64,000 nucleotides of DNA from the NCBI GenBank assembly GCA_951406725.2, contig OX597831.1, positions 48,980,001-49,044,000 on the forward strand. Reading direction: 5' to 3'. This stretch comes from Octopus vulgaris. Lineage: Eukaryota. Every line of letters begins with the position of its first letter. The first letter of the stretch is position 1. Under the pieces are notes generated by a model. It saw only the letters and a program-made list of their open reading frames with translations. It was not told the origin of the DNA and searched no databases. Below, piece by piece: positions 38,106 through 51,400 of the stretch. The position numbers and the translations under genes are program-made.

Positions 38106-39110
38106 GTTTACAACCCATTTGGAACAAAATAAAATATGTTGGACATGTGATAGAAAGTGCTACAGTGGAGGCACAATTCACTGACGAAAGTACAGCTAAA
38201 GAACTGTCTACACTGACACTGAAAAGTGAAGAGATAATTCTCCTGCCAACTTATCTAGGCAGGAGAACAGTGAAAATTAAAGTGGAGGAAATTCCAGCTG
38301 GTTTGGGTGTATTGGAAATTGCAGCAGCCGTATTATACGACATGGAAGACTAAATGTTCATTCTGCAAATACAGAAAAAGGCGGCCGAAAATTGGAAAGG
38401 CCAGTCACACGAAATGGTGGTCCAAGCCAGACCCAAAATTCTCGAAGGGCTTCCTGATAATGTTCATTGGGGAGGGGCTGAGTATGAAAGTGAGTGCTGA
38501 GGGACGTAAGCCACACTGTTTTAAGTGTGGAAAAAAAACCCACAGAAGAAATAGAATTTACAATAGTAAAATTTCAAAAAAGGAAGAAGGCTTCAGCCCC
38601 AGATTCCCCTCCCCATACACGAAAAACATCAAAAGCTACTATAGACATGCAAGGAAAAACTCCCCCACACCATCCGCATGTTAAAACCCATTTCCAAACC
38701 CCACTCCAAGACACTGAACAAAACTGTGTCATTTAATGATAACAATGCAGTTTTATCCAGAGTCATTCGAGCACATTATAGAACTCAAGTTTACAAAGCA
38801 AATAAAGACATGCCACCTTACATCTGGATAGCTAGGATGGAGGTAGGATTGTTCAACAAATTAAAAGCCAAATACGCAGATGACATAAAGGACGTGAGCC
38901 AAGAAATGGTCAGCAGGAGTTTTATAGCAAGTCCAGCAGCTACACCACAGAAGAAAAAGGATGGGGAGGAAGCTGAGTTCATGCAGCCCCTCCCCAAACA
39001 TAAAATGTAAGTACCATTTTCTGTGGAAATTAAGCTAGGATGCATAAATGTGTGTGGCCTAGGGTCAAAATGGAAACAACCATCTCTCCTGAACAAACTT
39101 AGGTCACTAG
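38106..39110 (+). mobile_element. Tx1 copy H fragment (ORF1 and start of ORF2)
   Basis: LLPTYLGRRT, EGRKPHCFKCG, SPAATP, IKLGCINV. Confidence 0.8.
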
Positions 39111-42100
39111 AAAAAATATACGGGAAAAGATGGAAGGACATGGAAAGGAGGTTGAGTATGAATGACTCGGCTTAATTCTGTACATGGTGAATTCATACGG
39201 TGTAGCCGGTGGACTTCCCAGCCAAAGTGTTAAATTCTAAATTCTAAATAATATATCTGTTATAAACCCAAACTCGAATATCAAAGTTTAAAAGGTTTTA
39301 ATTGACTAAAAATACAGCAATATACAATACAAAGATTGCTAAAATTGTAAGCAAAACCAAACTTCAACGCAATAACATTTTTATGCAGCTAGTTGCTACA
39401 TTCTTGACTGACTAAAATCAATGCTGAACATGTCGTCTCCAAACAGAACAGAAGTCTGCACAGTCGCACTGCAGGCATAGCACAGCAATCGAAACAATTA
39501 AAATCATGTGATCAAAACTAAAATCACAACATCTTTCCCCACTAAAGAGAAAAAGGAACAATTAACAAACAAAATGCAAAATACAAACATAACCATGAGT
39601 CAATCACAACGACGTAATAGTAAGGCTTTTCATAAGCGTAACACATCATCTTTATATATAAAACTGAAGTTGTGTGTGTGAGAGTCTGTCTCCTCCGATT
39701 TAGATTCCTAACTACTCCCACATTTTGCGGTGCAGTTTGACCAAAAGCGGGTATCTTATAGTCGTGATTCATATCGAGCCCTTCTGGGTATTAGCGCATG
39801 TCTATGAGTCTACGATGATAAAAAAATTTACTATTATTTTTTCGCATTTTTAATGCATTTTTTGCTTGGTTTATATAAGGGAAGTAACTCTCTAAAAATG
39901 CTTATATAGTTATTTCCCTTAGTTTTTTTCACATTTTTAATGCATTTTTGTTGATCAGCTGATCATTCATGCATAATTTTGCACGACTGCACGCTGACGT
40001 CATCTTGGAATATCGATTTTTCTCTTACATGCATTCACATGCAATTTAAACTCAAATTCGCTGACGCGCTGCTTAAATGTTTTCATACTGTTGTGTTTAT
40101 TAAATGAGTGTGAAATTGAAGCGTTCCCTGAAAAAAAATCAACATATTTTGATGGATAAAAATAAATTAGTAAAATTTAGGAAGAAAACCTGCATCTTTT
40201 TCAACTTATGACGATAAAAAGTCTTAAAAAATTGCAGAAAGATTGAATTATTCTTTTCATCGAAAACGTTGAAAGGCTCAATCGTTCGTAAGTTATTATA
40301 TTTTAACTTATTCTTGACTCGACCGAATAAAAAACCAAGTATTTTTTTATAAATGAATCAGCCTCTTAGGAAATGCCCCTGCTTAATTCAAATCAAAAAT
40401 ATAGAAATTTTGTTATAATGATTTGACTGAAAATTACAAGAATTGGTGTCTGACTGACTTATTAAATCCAATGTATTTTATTTTAAGATTTTATTGTTCA
40501 ATTTCTACTATTCGTTACTCTCGTTGTTGTTATGCCGAAAAGAAAAAGAACAGTTTTGACATTAACAAAGATGCAGCTCCAAAATAAAAGGCGGCTTAGA
40601 GCTGAATCTTCCCTTCAAAGACAGTCGCAGATTGCAGGGTGCTCTGCTGAAGTGAGGGCTGTGGCCATCGATGAGGGTTGTTTGAATAAAACAGATAGTA
40701 ACAATGATTTCAATGCACTTGCACATGCATTTGAAAGTTCTACCGATGTTTTACTTCCAGACATCGGTAATACTCCTTCCAGTTCACGTGTGTGTAGTGT
40801 TGTGAGTGAACAAGACCATAAACAAAGGCTTGCAAAGAAAGCAAAGGCCAAAGCTGCTGCTCGAGCTGCAGAGAGTGAAGTTGCGTGCTCACTTCAACAA
40901 AAGAAAGATGCTGTGGCCAAAGCGGCTGCTCGGGCTTCAGAAAATGAAATGCAGTGTTGTAATCAACTAAGAAGAAGAGCTACAGTCAACGCAAATGCAA
41001 GAGCTTCAGAAAATGATATCCAGCGTCAACTTAGACTGAATAAAAACGCTGAAACAACTGCAAATGCAAGAGCTTCAGAAAATGATGCCCAGCGTCAGCT
41101 TCAACTGAATAGAAACGCTGAAGCAACTGCAAATGTAAGAGCTTCAGAGACGACAGATGATTGCCTCAATAGACTGGGAGAAGTTATTCAATATAAAAGC
41201 AGAATACAGGGTATAGGTAGGGCATCTAAAACAAGATGGTCAATGAAGGCTTTTAATTATTACCCAAACAACAATTTTGCCTCGCATAAGGATTTTCAAA
41301 CAGGCTCAATGAGTAAAATATGTAGGTTTTGCAAGGCAAAAAAATGGTGTGGAGAGCCAATAGGAATACGTTGCTCTAATGGTAAGGTAAATTTACCAGC
41401 TCTCCGCGATCCACCTCAGCCATTAAGACTTCTTACAGGTACTCATTCGCTATCAAGGGGGTTTCTTAAGGATATCCGATACTATAATTGCGCTTTTCAA
41501 ATGACATCTTTCCGATCAGATTATCAACCAAAGGGCATATTTATGCCCACGATGAAAGTCCAGGGCCAGGTTTACCATTTTATTGGACTGTTGCAGCCTG
41601 ATGCCAACAAACAGCCTCAATGTCTCCAGGTCTACTTCATGCCAGATGTTTTGCAGCAAGCTTCAAGGCTAAATTCTTATGCCTTTCGAAATGAAGGTCA
41701 ACAAAGCTCCTCTGCAGACAACCAGAGACCAAAAGAGTACACAATAAAAGGAGAGGAGAGACTTGGACTCATTCTCGAACTTCAAGATATGCTACATAAT
41801 AATAACAGCTACGTTCAGAGTTTTAAATATGCATTAGAAGTAGCTCCTGCAGACAACTTCTATGTTGTCATTGATGCTGATCAGCGGCCGTCTGGAGAAC
41901 ATGCAGGACGCTACAACTCTCCTTATGTTAATGAGGTTACGATTATTCTAGCAGGTGACCCGCACGGCACACGTGATATTGTCCTCTCGCATAGTAAACA
42001 AGTTGTTAAGACTATATGTGATACACATAGGTCGTATGATGCACTTCAGTATCCCTTGCTTTTTGTTTATGGTGAAGACGGATACCATTTCGACAACGTA

Positions 42101-42773
42101 ATCCTACGAATCCAGAGGTTCTTTCATCCAAAACAGTTTCATGTAAAGCTTTCTATTCATTTCGATTCATGATTAGAGATAACTGTTTTAATCATCTCCA
42201 TCGTTCTCAAGACCTCTTCAACCAGTATGCGACTGACGTGTGCAAAAATGGAATCAGAAAGATTGTTATTCATTAAAAATAACCAGACTAAACAGCAATG
42301 TGAAAGTTACATACACCTACGTGATGGTATGAACAATGACGTGGATCCTGAAAGTCTGGGTACAGTTAAAATTCTGCCATCCACTTTTACTGGAGGCCCT
42401 CGTTATATGCACGAGAGGGCTCAGGATGCAATGCCAATTGTTCGGAAATTCGGTAGGCCCGAGTTATTCATAACCTTCACTTGCAATCCTAAGTGGAAGG
42501 AAATTGAGGATGAACTTCTTTCTGGTCAGACAGTCACACACCATTATGATCTCTCAGCGAGGGTATTTCATCTTAAGTTACTTAAGCTCATGGATGTTAT
42601 CAAATTAGGTGAGGTCTTTGGTCCTGTTATAGCAGACGTGTATACAATTGAATGGCAAAAAAGAGGCCTTCCTCGTGCTCCTTTTCTCATCTGGTTGGCA
42701 ACGAAGGTCAATTCAAACGATATTGACAGCATAATCTCGGCAGAGTTCCCTGATCCTTCAGTCGATAAGGACT

Positions 42774-45302
42774 TGTAAAGACACGGTCATAGACCATAGA
42801 ACACTCAACCAAGATCTAGTTTCTACCGAGTCTGAACCAATCAGTCAACCACCATCTCCGCCGCAGTCATCATCATCGTTCAACAATTCGTCTCAAGCAT
42901 TTGTCAGCCATTCCATCGTCGACAGAAAATTTGACTTAAGCTGTTAGTGTGATCCGTGCACCAAGCATAACAGGCAGTCCAACTTATATAAAGTTTAAAA
43001 TACATAACATAAGAAAAAAAAAAAAAAATTTTCATGTTAGCACACACGCACGAGGAAAAAAAAAAATTTGTTTTAGACACGACGAAGGTTGGTAAATAAT
43101 TAAAAAAAAGAATTTATTCTCTGTGCATACAGTACAAAAAAAAACATTTTTTTGGTAAATTGTACACATAGAAAAATTTTATTGGTTCAATTGCTGGTTT
43201 TGTTTTAATTTTCTATTTATTTTTGTTCCTTTTTCCTTTTGCGTCAGTTCAACTTTCATTCGTTGTTATTTCCCTTTCCTTTGACAGTCATCTATTAAAA
43301 TTAAAAAACAACAAAATGTCTATGGCATCATTACCCATTTTCACAGGAGATGCAACACTTTGGTTTGCACAACTGGAGGCATATTTTTGTACACAGTGTT
43401 TCTTCTGAGCAGCAGTTGCAAATCCTTTATAGTTGTATGCATCCTCAACTTGCAACTACTGTCAGAGATCTTATTACAGATCCTTGCCCAGACGCCACTT
43501 ATGCATCTGTTAAGTTAGAAATATTAAGAAGAAACACTAGAAGCGAGGAAAGTCGTTTCAACGAATTGATGGCAGATGAAGAGTTAGGAGATAGAACTCA
43601 TTTAGAATTTTTACGACGGTTGAGAGAGTTAAGCGGTAAATCCGCTGACGCTCCTCTACTTTGAAAAAAATTTTTTTTCAAGGTTGCCTTCTAACAAACA
43701 AACTATTTTGGCAACTGCTCTTGAGTCCAATACTGTGGACCAGATAGCAACCATGGCTGACAAAATAGTTGAATTTACCGTGCAACCATCGTCACGTGCT
43801 GCTTGTGTCTGCTCTGAAACATCTTCTGCAGCCTCAATTGATGGCCTTACTAAACAAATAGAAAGTTTTACCAAAAGGATGAACGCGATGGCAAGCGATT
43901 TTCAAGATCGCGTAGTCGTTCTTCATCGCGTTCAACACGGTCAAAGTCCAGACTATTTACAAAAAGAAGGCACGTTGGTATATTGGTAACCACTGGGTGT
44001 CGGTACAGCAAGGCTGAAGTTTAACACTTGTAAGATAAACCTCACAACAAATTCAGCAGCAACAGAGCAGGTCAAATTCCAAGCGTCTGGGACAGGAGAA
44101 TAGGCTAATCACATGTTTAAACATGTCCTCTCTCTTCAAGCTAACAAGGAATGCAATAGAATTTTTTTCCCCAGTTTTTAGTGCATGTGCATGAGGGAAC
44201 TTCCTTAACCCTTTCGTTACCAAACCGCCCAAAGCTGCCCGAATTTACCTATTCATATTTAAATGAGAATATCAGAGCAAATCTCTTCAGTACATTCGTG
44301 AAAACACGTATTATACTTCGTAAACAGTTCAACTACAGTTTTGTACAATAATAGAAGTGTAATTTTAATTCCGTGAATTTTGGGAGATTTTTTTCCGAAA
44401 TTTGTTCCTATTGTGTTTTCAGAATTTGTAATTCTGACAAAAAATGGATACGAATTTCATTATATCAAGCAGCGAGTCAGAATTCGAAGGATTTTCTACT
44501 GAAGACCTTCATAAATCTAACTCTATGACTGAAAAAAAAAAGCATGTGGTATTTGATAATGAATCTGATGTTTCATTTTCCGAAAGTGAAAACAGTGAAT
44601 CTGAGATCTCCGATAGCGATAAAGAAAACGAATTGGCACCTGAATGGAGTGAAAATTTAAAAACTGTTTCTTTTGGTGATTTTTCTGAAGAAACTGGACC
44701 AAGCCACAGACTTTCCCAGGAGAGTAAAGCCTTAGGCTATTTCTATTTACCTTTACGATTGAGCCTATTTGAAATCATTACGGCGAAAATGAACCGTTAC
44801 GCTAAACGTAAACAAAGCGAAAGAAACGATAGTTTGTGGTTTCCCATAACATTAAATGAAATTAAGGCCTATTTTGCCGTAAATATTATTATGGGTATCA
44901 GAAAGTTACCCAGAATAACAAATTCTATTGTAAAATTTTGTTGTATACCCAATTGAATATTAGCTAATAACCCATTTTCTATAGCGATGTTTGAACAAAA
45001 TTTTAATAATTTTATATTTTGTGGAATTTACCTGTATCTACCTGCAATTAAGAGTCGCTTTGTGACAAAAATTATAGTATAGAATTGGTTGAGAATATTT
45101 CATTAAATTATCTTCCAAAAATCAGATTAATATATCGATAAATAAAAAAGTTATAGTTGTTTAATGAAACCAGACTAAATTTATGATTACGTTAGAAATT
45201 AATTGAAACACATAAGGGGTGTATTTTGGTCAGAAATATAGTAACGAAAGGGTTAAGCCTTTCCAGCCCCACACACACACACTGAAAAATGACGTCACTA
45301 CA
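42774..45302 (+). mobile_element. Deleted Gypsy/Ty3-like LTR element with gag remnant (about 43317-43989)
   Basis: TGTA...TACA termini, GACT 4-bp TSD; removing it restores Rep DKDLYMK; LPIFTGDATLWFAQLE gag-like start. Confidence 0.75.
44209..45252 (+). mobile_element. Non-autonomous piggyBac element (truncated transposase ORF 44444-44956)
   Basis: TTAA TSDs; CCCTTTCGTTAC / GTAACGAAAGGG TIRs; acidic N-terminus, NRYA..W..ITLNEIKAYF..IIMG. Confidence 0.9.
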
Positions 45303-48300
45303 GACTTGTACATGAAAGTTAAGGTTCATATAGTGCACGGTTCGTGTGGGCCTGGTTTAAGAACTGATTTACCGTGCGTTTCAGGCAATAAGAGATGTAC
45401 CAAAAAATTTCCACGCCCTTTCGTCTGTGAAACTCAGACTGACACTGACAGCTACCCTTTGTACAGACGTAGGCGCTCTGAAGATGGAGGTTTTACGGCC
45501 ATTGTTAATGGTTACGAGGCTGACAACGGATGGGTTATTCCATATTGTCCATTTTTGTTGAGCGTTTTCGATGCACATATCAATGTTGAATTTTGTAGTT
45601 CTGTTAGGTGCATCCAATATATATGTAAGTACATAACTAAGGGCTCCGACGCAAATTCATTTACTCTATGTGGCGGGGACAGTAGAGACGAAGTGACGCA
45701 ATATCAAGTTGGGCGCTACGTAAGTAGTAGCAAGGCCTTTTGGCGATTCTTTGGCTTCCCTATTCATGAAAGGCATCCTGCAATCATACACTTAGCCGTT
45801 CACCTCGAAAATGGTCAAAGGATGTATTATACACGTGAGAATGCTTCCTTATTAGCAGAAACCCCTCGGAAACAATGTTAACAGGGTTCTTCAAATTGTG
45901 TCAGAAAGATGATTTCGCGAAAACATTGTTTTACAATCAAGTTCCGTCGTACTATACATGGGATAACAAAGAATAGTCGTCGAAAAAACGGCCAACCATT
46001 AGATGGTCAATTGGATATCAAGTTCAGTTCTTCTTTGGGGCGAGTGTACACGGTTCCTCCAAATCAACATGAATGCTTTTATCTACGCATGCTACTTCAT
46101 GAGGTAACAGGACCCACTTCATTTGAAAACCTAAAAACTATCGACAATCATGTCTATCCTACATTCAGAGAAGCCTGTCTGGCGTGTGGTATGCTAGAAG
46201 ACGACTCACGATGGGACGCAACTTTGGCGGAGATTGCTTTATCACATTCAGCTGGAACTGCGCGAGAACCGTTCGCAAAACTTCTTATACATTGCAACAT
46301 AAGTGATCCGAACACGCTATGGCTGAAGTTTCGCAACCAATTGACAGAGGATTTCTTGCATCAGGCTCAGCAACAACTTCCTCATTTAGAAGTCGTCTTT
46401 ATTGATGACATTTACAATCAGGCACTCATTGACATAGAAAATAGGCTTTTACTTATGGGTGGCGCTGTTTTACCATCATACGGACTTCCACAAACTCATC
46501 AGACTGACTCTGAAGGTATTCCAACCTTCATCATCCAGGAAACTTCTTATGATATTGATGCCCTATCAAAACAGGTTCTTGAAATGGAACCAAAATTACT
46601 TGCAGATCAATTGTCAGCGTACAACACAGTTGTTAACATTTTCAGTCAATGTGGTGGCATTTTTTTCCTTGATGCTCCCGGAGGTACCGGCAAAACATTT
46701 GTCACTAAATTATTTTTGGCAAAAGTTCGACAAAATAAACTTATTGCAATAGCTGTAGCTTCATCAGGTATTGCTGCAACCCTTCTTCCTGGTGGCAGGA
46801 CAGCACATTCAACTTTTAAGCTTCCCCTTAATTTAATCTCCAGTGAAAACTCCTACTTGTGACATTAAGAAGGACAGTCAGTGGGCAGATCTACTCAGAA
46901 GGTGTAGACAATGGCCCACAAAGGAGCTATAGAGGCCCTCGATAGGACTCTACAAGACGTAAGAGACTGTCCACAAAGTATGGGGGGCCTAACAGTATTG
47001 TTTTCTGGGGACTTTCGACAAATTTTGCCAGTAATTCCAAAGGGCACAAGAGCGGATCAGGTTCGGGCATGCTTGAAATCTTCTTCATTGTGGCCACAAG
47101 TAACAACACTCAGATTAACCACAAACATGTGTGTTCGATTACATGGAGACATTGAACATGAAAAGTTCGCTGAAAATCTTCTTTTGGGTGACAGTAGGGT
47201 ACCAAAAGACCATATTTCAATTCAGCATGTGTTCCCTGGTTGGTAGTATCAATGATCTTAAATCGGCTGTTTTTCCACAATTGCCTGAAAATTTCCTCAA
47301 TCATGCATGGCTTTGTGAAAGAGCTACCTTAGCACCTACAAACGTGACCGTCTCTGCAATCAATCGGCAATTGCTTGAAACACTTCCGGGAAATTCTATG
47401 GTTTTTAAATCAATTGATTCAAACGTTGACCCCTATGATGCTGTTAAATACCCTATTGAATTTCTTAATTCATTGGATCCTCCTGGTTTTCCTCCACACA
47501 TGTACCTCAAAGCAGGATGTCCTATCATACTTCTCAGAAATATAACTCCTAAACTTTGCAATGGTACTCACCTTGTTGTGAATAGAATGTCAAATCACAT
47601 TCATGCAACAATCATGTCTGGCTGTGGAAAAGGAGAGGAAGGTGTTACACCAAGGGTTACTCTTACAACCCCAGGCGCTGATACACCATACTCTTTCAAA
47701 AGGACGCAATTTCCACTCCGTTTAGCTTTTGCAATGTCGATTAATAAGTCTCAGGGTCAGACATTAAACGTTGCAGGACTGCATCTTGGAGAGCATTGTT
47801 TTTCACACGGCCAACTATACGTTGGATGTTCCCGAGTCGGCAGTAAAAACAAACTCTTCGCATTTGCTCCAAACAGGACAACAAAAAACATTGTGTATGC
47901 AGAGGTTTTGTAGATGATGTGGTCTCAAGTTCAAATCAAATGCAACCTTTCAAATCAGACAATTCAATCAATTGGATTCTGCGCCTTCACAAGATGCAAT
48001 ACAATTCTTCATTACAACGTCGGTCATATAATTATTGGTTGAATTATTCATTTGGAGGTTTTGTTCTACAAAACTTAATATAAAAATGGACCGTCAATAT
48101 CTTCTTTTTTCTGGGAAAAATTTCACCCTTATGCTAATTTAGCTATGTTCCCAAATGTATCTGTCAAACATTTACATCTTTTTGTCTTCTTTTGACACTG
48201 TACTTTGTTATGTTTTGAGCCTTATTCGAACAGCAGATTTCATAAGTTCTGCTGTTTTCTTCAAATTTATAAAAATATGTGTTGTTGCGGACAATATCTT

Positions 48301-48439
48301 TGTTTTGATTTTTCCAAAAGTATGGATAAAATGGAATGCAATTTCGTCAAAATTAACGCTTAAACAAGTTATTCATCAAATTTCTATCCACCCGAGCAAA
48401 GCCGGGTCAATCTGCTAGTTTTATTGTAAAAGAAAAAAA

Positions 48440-51400
48440 TTGTGTTAGAGCCAAAGGCTACACCAGATGAAAAGAAAACAGGAGGGGATGACGAAAGTCA
48501 TGAAGCCTCTCCTCAAGAATAAGAAGGTAAATGCTTTCAATTTTCTATCATGATGATTAAGTTAGGGTGTATAAATGTGCATGGCCTGGGGTTGAAATGG
48601 AAGCAGACATGCCTCCTGAATGACCCCAGGTCACGAAAGTGACGGAATTCAAGCTGAACGGCTCTCGGGCGTTCCGCCTCTTCTGAATGACGAGAAATTT
48701 ATTTCTCCGAGTCAAGGTGGGGGTGGGAGCATTGTGGTGCTGTTCAAAAAAAGCTTGGACGTACAGGTAAGCGCAGTCTTTCTAGACCCAGAAGGTAGGC
48801 TGGTCATTCTGGATGTGACACACGTGAGTAAGCAGTCCTTCAGGTTGGTAGCAGTCTATGCTCCGAAAGAGAATACACAAAAGGATTTCCTAGTAACATC
48901 GAAAACTTCAGTTTTAACAGGAGACTTCAACACTATTCTTGATGCGCAGGTGGATAGTGTGGGCTCAAATAACAGAAAAAGTAGCCCTAGCCTAAAACAG
49001 CTACTAGAGAGCTATAGTCCATACTCTGTTTCCTCTGCCTGCATCCCCTTTTTTTTGCCTCCCCCTCTCTCTGCTTCCCTTCTTTCTTTTCCTTTTTCCA
49101 TTTGCCCCATCTTCTCCACCTTATTTTCTGCCCCTACCGCTTTTTTTATCTAGTTTTTTCATACGATTGTTTTTTTTTGTTTTTTTCGAACGTTTGTTTT
49201 TTCCCCTTTTTTTCACTATCCCATCATGCCTGATTACAAATCCTACCTCCTCACTATCCATCACCGTTTGAAAGATCACCTCCGCCCTCTCCCCTAAACT
49301 GTTTTCAGCCGTCCATTAATCTCTCTCAACTTCTTTTTTAAAAAACCCGCTTCTCTAGCCATGTCTCTTTCCTAAGCCGCTGCCTACATCACCGACTCAT
49401 CCCTAAAGGTTTCCGCTTCCACTTCCACCCTGCTCTCCACTCGGATTCTTCCATCTTACCCATACTCCGCACCACATCTTACCGCCTTATGCGGGCCACC
49501 ATTCGCTCCAATCTCTCTAAACTACATACCATCAACTGCCTTCTTCCTCCTGCTTTCCTCACATTTTTCTCCTCTCTGCTGCCTTTCTATGCTCCAAACA
49601 CGCTACGCTTCATTATCCATTTGAATCACCTCTTCCATCAGTTTCTTTCCAATACCAAACTTCGTAAACTCCAATCCCTCCTCAATTCCACTACACCCGA
49701 CGCCACCACTACCCTTCTCCCCTCCTGATAGGCTCCATCCACCCACACCTAACCCCACTGCCCCTCCCGACAACCCCTTCTCCCCCCCTGATAGGTTCCA
49801 TCCACCTACACCTAACCCTACTGCCCCTCCCAATAACCCCCACACACCTCCACAAGCCCTACCACCCCTCCTACTTCTATTCCACCCACCCCTTCTCCAC
49901 TTCCGTCTGTTGTTACCATTCCCCCCGATCTTCCCCTCTCTGCGGCGGAACGCTCCGTCCTTAGTAGGGGTCTGCGTTTCATCCCCCTCACTCCATCCTG
50001 TAAGGAATTCCAGACGCGAGTTGATGTCCACAGCTTTGTGCGCCGCGTCCGGTTGGGTGCGCATTTCCGCGACTCACCACCCACATCCAACAAAGAGGAC
50101 TGCTTCACTGACCTGGGCCGCCGACCATCCCCGTGGACGCCTGCCCCCGGCCAGTTCCTAGCAGTGGATCTTTTCGCGGGCGCTTGTCAGCGTGCATTGG
50201 AGCGGTTCAACTTCTCCAGGCGCCAACGCCACCTCAACATCTCCCCGGCCGAGCTCTCGGCTCTTCGTTCCCTCCAACGGCGCGCTGACATTATCATCAA
50301 ACTGGCTGACAAGGGTGGAGCTGTAGTGGTGTGGCACGCGGACCTCTACAGGGCCGAAGCTCTTAACTGCTTCTCGTTCACAGGCGAGTTCTACCATCAG
50401 GTCTCGGGAGTGGCCATGGGAACGCGAATGGGCCCCAACTATGCGAACCTGTTCGTTGGCTATGTTGAGGCCCAATTATTCTCTAATTTCACTGGTCCCA
50501 CTCCTGAACTATATGGTCGTTACATTGACGACATTATCGGTGCCACCTCACTCTCCCGTGAACATCTAGATTCCTTCCTCTCTTTTGTTCAATCTTTCCA
50601 TCCAGCCCTCCACTTCATTTCCACTATCTCCAACACCTCTGTCTCCTTCCTCGACATTTCGGTTAGCATTCTTCACTCCACTCTTACCACCTCCATTCAC
50701 TACAAACACACAGACTCACACTCATACCTCAACTTCTCTTCCTCCCACCCAGAACACACCAAGCTTTCCATCCCCTATTCCCAATTCCTCCGTCTACGTA
50801 GGCTCTGTAGTGACGACCATGACTTTGAGACTCAGTATGGCTCACCACTTCATCCTACGTGGATACCCCCTCACCACTATCCACACCACCCTTGCCAGAG
50901 TACGTTCCGTGGACCGTGTATCTGCTCTCTCTCCCCGAACCCGCCCTGTAGTCTCCCGCCTCCCTTTTCCCCTCACTTACCACCCCACCTCTCCAACGCA
51001 CCATTCTTCGAGCTTTCCGTCATCTCCAGTCCGACCTGTCCACTTCACACCTTTTCCCTAACCGACCCCTCCCCTCTTTCAAACGAGCCCATAACCTTTG
51101 AGACCTTTTGGTCCATAGCTCCTTCCCTGACCCTACCTCCCAACCTGGCTTGTTCCCCTGCTCCCGCCCACGTTGCCCTTACCTCTCCAACACCACCCTC
51201 CTCACTGGCACCCATCATCGACCCTATCGCATCATCAACTCCTTCACCTGCACCTCCAGCAATATTATCTATTGCGTCTCTTGCTCTCTCTGCCATTCCC
51301 TGTACATCGGACAAACGGGACGCCGCTTGGCTGACCAGTTCGCGGAACACCTTCGTGACATCTGCCTTGCGAACGACACACCGGTCTCACGCCATTTCCG

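Larger units (their letters stand above)
40532..47913 (+). pseudogene. Helitron Rep/PIF1-helicase, frameshifted and interrupted at 42774-45302
   Basis: FITFTCNPKW; EWQKRGLPRAP (HUH histidines lost); YICKYITK; PGGTGKT; GDFRQILPV; INKSQGQT; HGQLYVGCSR. Confidence 0.92.
39649..48418 (+). mobile_element. Full-length decayed Helitron
   Basis: A|TCTTTATATATAAAA 5' end; CCCGAGCAAAGCCGGG hairpin + 8 nt + CTAG|T 3' end; RepHel inside. Confidence 0.9.
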
